A stretch of DNA of 64,000 nt, taken from assembly GCF_027364955.1 (NCBI RefSeq), contig NZ_DAHXOI010000004.1, positions 36,850-100,849 of the forward strand, given 5' to 3'. The position numbers and the translations under genes are program-made. Shown here piece by piece: positions 27,142 to 36,700 of this stretch. The notes beneath the pieces are model-generated. The model saw nothing but the letters and a program-made list of their open reading frames with translations, made no database searches and had not been told where the DNA came from. Source of the stretch: Ferrimicrobium sp. Its GTDB lineage: Bacteria > Actinomycetota > Acidimicrobiia > Acidimicrobiales > Acidimicrobiaceae. The stretch's first letter is position 1; every line of letters begins with the position of its first letter.

Positions 27142-28914
27142 GTGGTGGCGGTGCGCGGGGCTGACAGACTCGTCGCCTCGCTTGAGGAACAGGGTATCTC
27201 CCATATATTTATGAACCCTGGCACGACAGAGCTCGAACTTCTCAGAGCCCTCGAAGATCGCCACCAGATCGAGCCAGTGCTGGTTCCACAGGAGCTTGTC
27301 GCCACCGCAGCAGCGGATGGTTATGCGCGGTTTCACGGACTTGGTGCTGTGCTTTTGCACCTGGGTCCTGGGTTCTCCAACGGGGCAGCATTCGTCCATG
27401 ATGCGAAGCATGCCCGCAGTCCGATGATCGTGATCGTCGGGGAACATCCCAAGGCACACTTGGCTGTTGATGCACCACTCAACACTGACCTCGTTGCGAT
27501 CATGGCACCGTTCTGCGTCGCACTTGTAGTCGCTGATCATCCTCGGACCGTTGGACTTGTCACCAAGCACGCTGGAGAACTCGCGAGATCGCTCCGTGGC
27601 CCCGTCGGCATCATCGCCCCTCAAGACGTCATGGCGAGCGATGGTGAGGGACCGAGCTGGCCAGACCGTCGTGATGACGAGATAGGTCTTGCAGGCAGAG
27701 CATCCCAGACGATGCCAGCGCCTGCCAAACCCAGAGATACCGTTGGGTCTGAGGGCACAGAGGAGGAGCGTGCCCCTCTCGCACTCACCGCCCAACAGGT
27801 AGGTGTGAACCCAGTTCTGCTCTTGGGGTCGAGTGCACTCAATGCGACTGGCCAGCGGTGGGCTCGGAGGATTGCAGATCACCTCGGCGGTCGGGTTTAT
27901 GCGGAGGTCTTCCCGGCGTTGATGGAGCGAGGGAGGCATGTGCCATTCATCCCTAAACTACCGTACTTCCCCGATCAGGCACGGACCCTGATTGGAAAAC
28001 CGACCATGGTGATCCTGGTCGGAGCGCAGGAGCCAATCGCCTATTTTGCCGAGGAACATCGACGACCCCAGCTCATCGAGGATCAGACTCCGGTCGTTGC
28101 GCTTGTGCTGCCGGGTGCTCCGGCGGAAGCGACGCTTGCAAACTGGGCACAATCTCTCGGTGTCGCCGACACTGAGCATGGTGACGACGCTATAGGGCGC
28201 CGTACTGTCCCAGACGCGACCGCTAGCGATGCACTCGCTACTCCACGAGTCCAGATGCAGGTTGTCGGTGACGCTGTAGGGGTGATCCTGGAACAGCGCT
28301 TCACCGACGGTGAGCTCTCGTCAAGGTCGCATGGGTCGGAGCCGAACAAGGTGGGGCCGGCAGCGGCCGAGGGGGCCTTGACCGTTGAGACCTTGGGGTT
28401 GATTTTTGCTCGCTCATTGCGAAGTGGTGATGTCGTGATCGATGAGGGTCGGACGAGTTCAGGTCCGATGTTTACCCATAGTGGAGACGCTCCACCCCAT
28501 TGGTACGTGGGCCATCCTGGTGGCGCTATCGGTGGAGGTCTGGGGTTGGCACTTGGGGCTGCCATCGCCACTCAACGGCGCGTGCGCGCCCTCGTGGCCG
28601 ATGGAGGGGCACTCTATTCACCTCAGGCGCTTTGGAGCATGGCCCATCTTGGGCTCGACATCGGAATCGTGATCGCGGCTAACGGTGGTTATCGGATCCT
28701 GCGGATGGAGATGATGGCCCGTGACATCAAGCCCGTCGCTACCCAGCTCACAACCTTTGAGGATCCATTGATTGACTACATCGCGTTAGCGGCAGCCTTC
28801 GGGGTGGATGGTGAGCGAGCCACCACAGCAGATGAACTTGCCGCAGCGCTGGAACGGCGCAGCAGAGAGCATCGACCCTTCATCGTGGTTGCAGAGATCG
28901 CTACGGAGCCGTAG
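27142..28914 (+). CDS. Thiamine-diphosphate-dependent enzyme (acetolactate-synthase / benzoylformate-decarboxylase-like)
   Basis: 590 aa. N-terminal Pyr domain GADRLVASLEEQGISHIFMNPGTTELELL. C-terminal ThDP motif GGAIGGGLGLALGA...ADGGALYSPQALW...AANGGY. Confidence 0.85.
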   Translation: MVAVRGADRLVASLEEQGISHIFMNPGTTELELLRALEDRHQIEPVLVPQELVATAAADGYARFHGLGAVLLHLGPGFSNGAAFVHDAKHARSPMIVIVGEHPKAHLAVDAPLNTDLVAIMAPFCVALVVADHPRTVGLVTKHAGELARSLRGPVGIIAPQDVMASDGEGPSWPDRRDDEIGLAGRASQTMPAPAKPRDTVGSEGTEEERAPLALTAQQVGVNPVLLLGSSALNATGQRWARRIADHLGGRVYAEVFPALMERGRHVPFIPKLPYFPDQARTLIGKPTMVILVGAQEPIAYFAEEHRRPQLIEDQTPVVALVLPGAPAEATLANWAQSLGVADTEHGDDAIGRRTVPDATASDALATPRVQMQVVGDAVGVILEQRFTDGELSSRSHGSEPNKVGPAAAEGALTVETLGLIFARSLRSGDVVIDEGRTSSGPMFTHSGDAPPHWYVGHPGGAIGGGLGLALGAAIATQRRVRALVADGGALYSPQALWSMAHLGLDIGIVIAANGGYRILRMEMMARDIKPVATQLTTFEDPLIDYIALAAAFGVDGERATTADELAAALERRSREHRPFIVVAEIATEP

Positions 28915-29022
28915 CAGATTTTGTGCTGACGTTTGGGACCAGAACGCGTGCCAAGGGGACTCGGATCGCCGGATTCATCACTGGTTGTGAGGTGCGATGC
29001 AGCCTTTGGTTGTGTGCAACGA

Positions 29023-30201
29023 TTAGAAGAACAGGAGCAATGGGGCGACCGACACAAAGGTCGCGATGTAGCCCAGATAGGCTGGCCACCATTGGGTGGG
29101 GCGCGAACGGCTCCAGATCAACACCGAAGTGAGCCAGAGGATATCGGTTGCTCTGAAGTAGGAGGAATGATTCCAGATCTCACCCGAGAGTGACAGGGTG
29201 AGGACGAGCATCATGGCCCAGGTCACTTTCAGGTACTGAGGGACGTCTGGACTCTTCAGGTTCATCGCTGCCAGGACCACAAAGAGGCAAATGATCACGA
29301 GTTGCCCAAACCAGATCAGGTTGGTGAGGTTGATCTTGTGGGTATGGTGAATGACTCCAACGATGACGGAGTAGATCGGGATGCCGATGTTGCCGCGGAT
29401 ATCACCGCTGAGGGCGACTTTGCCGAGCAGGATGCGGAGGAGCCCCTGGAAGGCGAGTGCGACCAGACCCGGAATGAGAAAGACGAGAGGATTGAAGGCC
29501 GATCGTCGCTTACGCACGAGCACGATCAGCCAGATCAGGCCGATGGCGATGGGCATGATCAATTCAGTCTCAATCGCGAGGCCAGCGAGTGCAAAGGAGA
29601 TGCCTGCGAATGCGGGGTGGTCGTGTTCAAAGAGGTACATAGCTAGCAATAAGAAGGCCGCCGCGGTAGGCTCTGTGAGATCACGTCCGGTGCTCATGGT
29701 GTAGCCGAAGTAGCCCCCCAGAAGGAGACCGACCATCGCAGGATGAGCGGTGTCGTGTGCGAGCTTTGCGCCGAGGTAGGCGATGGCAGTAACCGCCAAG
29801 AGGTTGACGATGACCAAGGTGAAGGGAACCCAGTGATCATGACCGAACGCCAGAGCCCAGGCGAGGAAGGGATAGACGATTCGCTGGTCGCGAAAGGCTC
29901 CATTCATGGTGATGCCAAAGGCGTGCATCCGTAGGTCGAACGGGTCAAGGGCGAGTCGGAGAAAGAACTGGCCGTCGTAGCCGTTCCCCTGATGCTGGTA
30001 GAGGTAGGAGGGTAGTTGCTTACGATCCGCAAAAGTCGTTCCGATCAGGGCCAAGCTCGAGATGTTGCCCTTGGCGACGACGATGGTGCGTTCGGTGAGG
30101 TAGAGCAAGTAGGCAAGAAAAATGGTCAGTGCAGCGACGCGGGGAGCCCTCGTGGAGCCTGAAGTTGTGGCTTGATGCACCCAACTATCGTAGCAAACCA
30201 C
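29023..30201 (-). CDS. Polytopic integral membrane protein (GT-C-like / surface-glycopolymer-formation-type; tentative)
   Basis: 392 aa with at least 9 hydrophobic segments. The loop motif GNGYDGQFFLRLALDP recalls membrane glycosyltransferase-like families. The start codon is uncertain. Confidence 0.5.
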   Translation of the reverse strand: MVCYDSWVHQATTSGSTRAPRVAALTIFLAYLLYLTERTIVVAKGNISSLALIGTTFADRKQLPSYLYQHQGNGYDGQFFLRLALDPFDLRMHAFGITMNGAFRDQRIVYPFLAWALAFGHDHWVPFTLVIVNLLAVTAIAYLGAKLAHDTAHPAMVGLLLGGYFGYTMSTGRDLTEPTAAAFLLLAMYLFEHDHPAFAGISFALAGLAIETELIMPIAIGLIWLIVLVRKRRSAFNPLVFLIPGLVALAFQGLLRILLGKVALSGDIRGNIGIPIYSVIVGVIHHTHKINLTNLIWFGQLVIICLFVVLAAMNLKSPDVPQYLKVTWAMMLVLTLSLSGEIWNHSSYFRATDILWLTSVLIWSRSRPTQWWPAYLGYIATFVSVAPLLLFF

Positions 30202-30311
30202 GTATCCGATCAGGCGAATGTGCCAAATGAGGTTGGGTGCGTGTCGAGATCGGCGGCGATCGTTCAGACTACCTTCAGCTGCATTGCTATACTGGAGGAA
30301 GGGTGATGTAG

Positions 30312-31436
30312 GTGGATTTCTCCAAAAAAATAATGCTTCTTGGTGTCGGCGTCCTGGTGGTGCTCCTAGTGGCTGTCGGTATTGTGGTGGTACCCAGTCT
30401 CCATGGCTCCTCGTCTGCGAGCCTCACCTCGAATGATTCTGCCAGCTCAGGCAACAGCGCAAATGTGGTTGTCGCCTCGGTGTCACCGGGCCCCGGAGCC
30501 ACAAAGGTGCGTCCTAACCAACCGATTACGATCGGTTTCTCGACCTCGATCAGTTCACATACCCCAATGCCTACCTTGAGTCCTCCGGTTGCCGGCTCCT
30601 GGTTCTTAGAGAATCCAACCACTATTGAGTTTGTTCCTGATGGAAGCTACACCCCGGGAGGCACGGAGAGTGTCACTATCCCTGGAGGGCCAACGGGAAT
30701 TCTCGCTACCTCTGGTCAGCGAATGCAGAATCCTGAGCAGGTCTCCTTCTCGATCGCTCAAGGGTCTTTGTTGCGCATGCAGCAGTTGCTCGCCCAGCTG
30801 AATTATCTGCCCTATAGCTTCAAACCCTCCAGTCGACTCGCATCCAACGCTGATCTGGCCCTCGTCCAAAAAGGCAACTTCAATCTGCGTTGGTCCGATG
30901 AGCCGTCGTCGTTGCAGGCGACGTTTTACCCTGGCTCGTGGGGGGTAGCGACCCAGGCCGCAATCATGGCCTTTGAAAACGTCAGCAATTTGCCGATTAA
31001 CGGGGAGCCCTCGGCGGCGGTATGGTCGGCGCTACTGGCTGCGGCCGCCCAACATCAGTTGGATCCGAACCCCTACTCATATGTCTATGTCGCCAAGTCC
31101 CCACTACCTGAGACTCTCAAGGTCTGGATCGATGGCAAGGTTGTGTTGACCAGCATCTGTAACACGGGAGCGGGTGCAGATGACACCCATGCTGGAACTT
31201 GGCCGATCTTCTTGCGCGAGAAGCAAGGTTACATGAGCGGTACAAACTTGAATGGCACCCATTACCACGTGCTCGTCCACTGGATCAACTATTTCCACGG
31301 GTCAGTCGCTGTTCATGGTTATCCTCGTGCGGCCTATGGTTTCCCACAGAGCGATGGCTGCGTGGAACTCCCGATTCCCACGGCAGCTGTGGTGTATCCG
31401 ATGTTGCACATCGGGACGATGGTGACCGTCCTCTAA
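30312..31436 (+). CDS. L,D-transpeptidase (YkuD domain) with an N-terminal membrane anchor
   Basis: 374 aa. TM segment IMLLGVGVLVVLLVAVGIVVV. Catalytic region HWINYFHGSVAVHGYP...PQSDGCVELP (His/Cys motif). Confidence 0.85.
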   Translation: MDFSKKIMLLGVGVLVVLLVAVGIVVVPSLHGSSSASLTSNDSASSGNSANVVVASVSPGPGATKVRPNQPITIGFSTSISSHTPMPTLSPPVAGSWFLENPTTIEFVPDGSYTPGGTESVTIPGGPTGILATSGQRMQNPEQVSFSIAQGSLLRMQQLLAQLNYLPYSFKPSSRLASNADLALVQKGNFNLRWSDEPSSLQATFYPGSWGVATQAAIMAFENVSNLPINGEPSAAVWSALLAAAAQHQLDPNPYSYVYVAKSPLPETLKVWIDGKVVLTSICNTGAGADDTHAGTWPIFLREKQGYMSGTNLNGTHYHVLVHWINYFHGSVAVHGYPRAAYGFPQSDGCVELPIPTAAVVYPMLHIGTMVTVL

Positions 31437-31673
31437 GACTGCAGAGATCTAGGTTCGCTCCTGGCTGGATGTGGGCCAGTAGAGGATTGAAATCTGAGGC
31501 TCCTGGGGTGCTTGGCCTACCCCGATCACTGGTTGTCCTCGGCAAGAGGTCCGGATATGGTTGGTGGTGAAGGTGTGCCCAAGCCTGTGAGACAGGACGA
31601 AACCTTTGGGTTTGCTGTGCATAAAAATGGGTGTCATCAACGCATCGATGAGTGGTGATCGCCATCGTACCAG

Positions 31674-31721
31674 AGGTGACTTGCCCAAAAGGTGACTCGC
31701 CTAAAAGGGGACTTGTCCAGA
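31674..31721. repeat. 16-bp tandem repeat x3 in an intergenic region
   Basis: AGGTGACTTGCCCAAA / AGGTGACTCGCCTAAA / AGGGGACTTGTCCAGA, contiguous. Confidence 0.85.
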
Positions 31722-31800
31722 TATGGCTGAGTCCAACCCCAAGCAGTGGAGGTGATCGGACTCGCTGTGGTGCTCTACGGGTTGAGTTTCTCTGCGCCCA

Positions 31801-31856
31801 GCCAGAGTGCATGGAGCCAGAGTGCGCGCGGCCAGAGTGGTGCATGGCGCCAGAGT
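31801..31856. repeat. Four copies of GCCAGAGT at a 15/15/18-nt period
   Basis: Copies at 31801, 31816, 31831 and 31849, in the same intergenic region as the 16-bp array. Confidence 0.8.
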
Positions 31857-32010
31857 CGATACCAACGGCGGTGGCAAGCCTATTGGCGTTGGTGTCGCAA
31901 TGCATTGGAGACAGGGGACGAGAGGTCACTGCCGATGCTGTTGAGTGAACGAGATTTCAACAAGACAGGCGGCTACTTCTGTGTGATCGAGGTGCTTGTC
32001 CGCTGATTGT

Positions 32011-32079
32011 GGTAACGCCGCCATTAGCGGGGGACGAGTCGTGTGATTGGGGACCCCCTCGCTATGGCGAAGCGTTACC
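32011..32079. terminator. Long imperfect hairpin at the 3' end of the Moco/cytochrome-b operon
   Basis: GGTAACGC..CCAT.AGCGGGGG pairs with CCCCCTCGCTATGG..GCGTTACC (about 21 bp in four blocks). It encloses the cytochrome b stop codon (32075-77). Confidence 0.4.
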
Positions 32080-32692
32080 GTTGTCGACGGTTGGCTTTGA
32101 TGCGCTGGTTTTTTCGGAGGCTCATGAGCGCTTTGATGATGTGGCCGATCACCAATATCGCGATAATGAAGAAGACGATCTCGTGCGTGAACTCAGCACC
32201 CCCTTGGATGGATAATGGGATCCGGCCGGGTGTGCGCAGGGCAAATCCTGTGAGAACCGCGAGAACCGCAAGTGCACCTATCGCTGCAGTAAAGAGGCGT
32301 TGCCCAACGTTGAACTTCTCCGGTCGGTCACCCTCTTTGGACGGCGCGGCCTGATGCAGCCAATCGCCGATAACCCCTGTCCAGGAGTTAAGTTGATCGA
32401 TCGGCGCGATCATCAGTTCATGGAGATCTTTACGAAGGGTGCTACCCCATGGTCCAACCAACGAGAGGAGCATGACGATGGTCGCGGTGATACCGGTATC
32501 GATATGGATACGGTTGATGAGTGGTCGTGGGAGGTGCGCAGAGAGGGCGGGCACCCACAGGATCAAGCCAGTGGCAAGCAAGGTCAGCATGGCGGCCGCG
32601 ATGAACCAGTGGATCAGCTTCTCGAAAGCTGCGAAACGTGCTCCCTTGCCAGCTGGTCGAATTGTTTCGTGGCGTTCAGGAGATGGTGGCAT
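32075..32692 (-). CDS. Cytochrome b-type membrane subunit (partner of the Moco oxidoreductase)
   Basis: About 4-5 TM helices with conserved-looking His residues (LIHWFIAAAM, RIHIDTG, FTHEIVFFI, VIGHIIKA). The ATG at 32692 overlaps the upstream gene's end by 17 nt; the track's start is 32743. Confidence 0.65.
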   Translation of the reverse strand: MPPSPERHETIRPAGKGARFAAFEKLIHWFIAAAMLTLLATGLILWVPALSAHLPRPLINRIHIDTGITATIVMLLSLVGPWGSTLRKDLHELMIAPIDQLNSWTGVIGDWLHQAAPSKEGDRPEKFNVGQRLFTAAIGALAVLAVLTGFALRTPGRIPLSIQGGAEFTHEIVFFIIAILVIGHIIKALMSLRKNQRIKANRRQR

Positions 32693-33350
32693 TGACTGGA
32701 TAGCCCCGCTGTTCCCAGTAACCCGGTACCTGATGAGAGACAAAACTAATTCTGTTGAGCCACTTCACGGATTTATAGCCGTACATGTCTGGTACCAGGA
32801 GTCGGACTGGGGCACCATGGTCGGCAGAGATGGGTTTGCCATCGAGGTCCATAGCGAGGAGCACGTTGGACTGTTGTGCCTCGTGGAGACTGAGGGAATC
32901 GGTGTAGACACCGTCTGCACTGTAGAACTCAAGGCCGTGGACATCGGCGTGAGGCCGCACCTGTTCGATCAGGTCCGCGAGCCTCACTCCTCGCCAGTGG
33001 GTATTGGGCACGGTCCAGCCTGTCACGCAGGTAAAAGTGAAGGTGACCTCGTGGTTGGTCATCGACCGTAGGTCTCCATAGGTTAGCTCCAGGGGGTGTG
33101 CGATGTGTCCGTCGATCCGGAGACGATAAGTGGCAGGTTTGATGGCTGGGATCGAACCAGTCACGGTATAGATCTCGAAGCCGCCGAGACTAAATCCACC
33201 GGAGTTGGCAAGACCACTGATGGTTTGGGCGATATCGTGTCCAAAGAGCGTAGTGACGACTCCGGCACCGAGTACGGAAAGAAAGACTCGACGCCCAACA
33301 CGTCTGCCGGTATTCTGAGGCGGGGTATTTTGAGGTGGTTGTGATCCCAT
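32676..33350 (-). CDS. Molybdopterin-dependent oxidoreductase (sulfite-oxidase/YedY-like) with a Tat signal
   Basis: 224 aa. Twin-arginine leader GRRVGRRVFLSVLGAG. Moco-domain block FTFTCVTGWTVPNTHWRGVRLADLI. Confidence 0.8.
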   Translation of the reverse strand: MGSQPPQNTPPQNTGRRVGRRVFLSVLGAGVVTTLFGHDIAQTISGLANSGGFSLGGFEIYTVTGSIPAIKPATYRLRIDGHIAHPLELTYGDLRSMTNHEVTFTFTCVTGWTVPNTHWRGVRLADLIEQVRPHADVHGLEFYSADGVYTDSLSLHEAQQSNVLLAMDLDGKPISADHGAPVRLLVPDMYGYKSVKWLNRISFVSHQVPGYWEQRGYPVNATIS

Positions 33351-33795
33351 GGGACTAGCCTTACAGAGATTGTGCGTAACGCGTAAACCGTATTCTCAGC
33401 AGATCGCATGGCCGGTCGACTTGGGAGAGTGGTAAAGTCGCGGTCCGGACGCCAAAATGTGGTGGATATGCAGGTTTGTGGCCTTTATCGGCACTAAAAG
33501 CGCAGAACTTGAGAAAAATATCGCAAAACTGACGCAGCACCCTCAGTGGGGTAGTAAGATAGCGGATGCTCAAGGTCGATTGGGCAAGTAGTATCAGGGA
33601 GGGATTTCAGGGGACACCACAAGTAGACCCTGTGGTAAAAGTTTCCACACGGTAAAGACGATGTTCTTTCAACAATTGAGCCATCGACATGAGCCGCTCG
33701 GAACTTTAGGAAAAGTTTGGTTTCTTATCAAAATCGGTCCAGAGGACCAAAAGCAGTGGCTGGGAGACCAGCTCGTGTCGAAAGGATGACAACAG

Positions 33796-36700
33796 ATGAA
33801 GCGTTCACTTAAGCACCATGGATCGGCCGCACTTCGCGTAGGAGCGGCTCTAGGACTGACCACCGTTGGAGTGGTTGCAGTCGGGGCGGCACCGGCGTTT
33901 GCACAAAATACTTCGAACCCTGCTACGGCAATCACCAAGATGGTCTACACCGCCACTACCACCCCCACCCCGTTATACACGATCACCGTCACGGCCAATG
34001 GGACCCTGGCGCCAGCTCCGGCCGGTGTGGGAGGTTATGCACTTCAGGTTTTCCCACCAAGCGGGGGAACTTCCTATGTCGTAGACCTCGTCACCACACC
34101 CAGTTCCGATTCGGCGGTGGCAACCCTGCCTGGCCCTCTTGAATCTGGGGCCACTGTCGATTTCATCCAGTATCCACCAAATGGACCGCTTTCAAGCCCC
34201 GCGCTTACCGATCTTGGTAACTCGGTGTGGACGCTGAACGCAAATGCAACACTTGTGCCGGTCAATACCAGCGCCTTTGCCTCCACGGATTACCCATCGG
34301 TTACCGTCCCCCCTCAGTACTCCCTTAACGCCACCGATCAGCTCGCTAATGCGGTCGTCTCCTTCTCAGGGCCGGAGAGTGGCTATACAGATTCAAATGT
34401 GGGTGCGAAGCTCGACGGTTTCACAGTGACGGTACTTAACAAAAGTGGTGCTGTCGTTGGTGGGCCCAACACAGTGTCGCCTAAAGGTACAGGCAGCTAT
34501 TCGACCAACTTCTCAGGCCTTACCCCGGGGCAGGAGTACAGCTATCTGGTGAGCGCCGACTATAGCTCGACGACGGACTCCACCGCGGCCCCAGTCCCAT
34601 TGACCACGACCTATGTGTCGACCTTACCGTCGGCCAAGGATCTCACTCCTCAACTGCCCCAGGTCCAGGGTATGACAGCCACTCCCACCTATAAAGATCA
34701 AAGCACCTTTGCGAACCCGCAGGAGACGATCAGTTGGGACAGCGTGGCGGCAACGACCGCCAAGGAGGAAGGCTACACGCCTGTTGGGTACCAGGTAAGC
34801 TATGCCTCTACCGCTGGTACGCCAACGACCCAGACGGTAGCCTACGTCGGTAGTGATACAACCCAGAGTGCCGCCTTTGACGTAAGCCAGGGGCTTACCT
34901 ACAACTACTCGGTCTCTGTCATCTGGTCGAACGGCAATGGTACCTTCACGGGCGCTCCACAGACCGGCACCTTCCTCGCGAATAGCTCTCTGGGTGCTCC
35001 GACCCTGACGAGTCTCTCGTCGGCTGAGACCGGTGCCTCCACTTTGCAGGTGAGCGGGTCTTTTAACACTCCAGCTATGCCAAGTCAAGGCGCTGCTGGG
35101 ATCAATGCTCAGTACCAGATCGTGCTCACCGATGGTTCTAGAACTTATAGTTACTACCAGACGCCAGTTAGCCTCGGTTGGGGCCAGAGTCTTGACTTTT
35201 CCGTGAGTTCCAATGAGTTCCCCATGGCCGTCGGTGACACCGTCACCGCAACCGTCGAGGCCACCTTCTACGACGGCGCTAGCGAGGTCGGGATCTCGAA
35301 CTCCAACCCCTCAACGATCACGATCACCAATCAAGCCCAGCTCCCTGGGCCACAAAATGTCGTCTTTGCGATGTCCCAGGATCTCGGTGGGACCGTCAGC
35401 TGGACTGGCCCAACGACGAAGGATGTCCCCTCAGGTTATGCGTTGAATGGCTTCACGGTAGAGATCGTGAACCCTGACAACAATGGCCAGGTCTACTGGG
35501 TCGACAACAATGTCGGTGCCTCCGCGACCTCAACGGCATACAACCTCGCCATCCCAGCAGGCATCACGAGTGGTTTCGCAAGTTCCACCACCTACGAAGC
35601 CCTCGTCTATGCCAATTACACTGACACCGCCGAGGCGAGTCAGACGACCGTTGGTGCATCGGCGAGTGACTCGCTGTATATGCCCACTCAGTCGCTCCTA
35701 TCGCTCACCGCTCCGAGTATGGAGACGGAGTACGCAAATGGCGCCCCCGCCTTAAACGTCAGTTGGAATGCGTCGCCGTCGATTCCGCTCTCGGATGGTA
35801 CCGGTTCGATCACTCCGAGCTCCTATACGCTGCTCTACGCTCCACTGGATACGCTCACGTCGACCGCTAATAACCCGGTGCTGGCGCTGAGCAGCCTCAA
35901 GACCGTCGTTGGGATTGCGCCAGGGGCCCACGGAGGAGTTACCTCGACAACGCTGACTGGCTTAACACCAGGAACCGAGTATGGAGTCATCGTCCTTGCG
36001 CGATACCCACTTTACGAGGCCACCTCTGGCACCTTTGTTGGATCAGCGACGTTGCCCGGTCTTGCCACTACCTATGCGGCGTTACCACAACCCTCGATCA
36101 GCTCGTTGGGCTTCTCGAGCACGGGTGGCTCACTCGATCTCACTGTTGCGGGGCAGACGCCTCAGGCTACCAACCCATCGGGTCTCAGCGCAACCTACTC
36201 GATCAAGGTATCGAATCAGGCGACCGGGATGAGCTACACCTATGGACCCTTTGCCAACTCGAAGAGCACGTTTAGCGAGACGTTGCAGAGCTCGAGTAAG
36301 TCACTACTCTTTGGAGTCGGCCAGAACCTCAACGTCACCGTAATCGCGAGCTACTCGTTAAATGGTAGCGCTGTTGGTAGTGTGAGCTCATCCCCCAAGC
36401 AGGATTCGGTGACCGACTCCGCGCTTGAGCTGCCTGGTGTGAGCAACATCGCGGCGACTGTTGTGAATGATCAAAACGGTAATCCAACGATGGCGAACCT
36501 GAGCTTCGAAGCGCCGACAGGCTCTACCTCACCAGGATGGACCATCAAGGGCTATGATGTGGTCGCCACAGGAACCAACGGTGTTCCCGCAGCTACCGCG
36601 TACTTCCCTGCCTCTGGGACCACCGGAGCGTCTTCGAACGTCGCCGCCTTCGACTGCACACAGGGTAACTGCTCGGTGTTGGTTGATGGGTTGATCGCTA

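Noticed and set aside
27124-27939. 271-codon minus-strand ORF
   Set aside because: It lies entirely antisense to the well-supported ThDP-enzyme gene. Its composition is Arg/Cys/His-rich and not protein-like. It is a shadow ORF typical of high-GC DNA.
31285-31929. 214-codon minus-strand ORF in the ldt / cytochrome-b intergenic region
   Set aside because: It is His/Ser/Pro/Arg-rich low-complexity sequence that is partly generated by the short tandem repeats. It also overlaps the 3' end of the ldt gene. I see no RBS and no recognisable domain.
33351-33795. Possible c-di-GMP or other riboswitch in the 445-nt leader of the giant gene
   Set aside because: I looked for GEMM-I-type blocks (GGCAAACC ... 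GGGACGCAAAGCC) and other familiar riboswitch cores. I found only a loose GGACGCCAAAATG. The leader may be structured, but I cannot support a call. cmscan would settle it.
34624-35088. Several 60-150-codon antisense or alternative-frame ORFs inside the giant gene (for example 34624-35088 and 40179-40565)
   Set aside because: They are by-products of the long Thr/Ser/Gly/Ala-rich coding frame. They have no independent signals.
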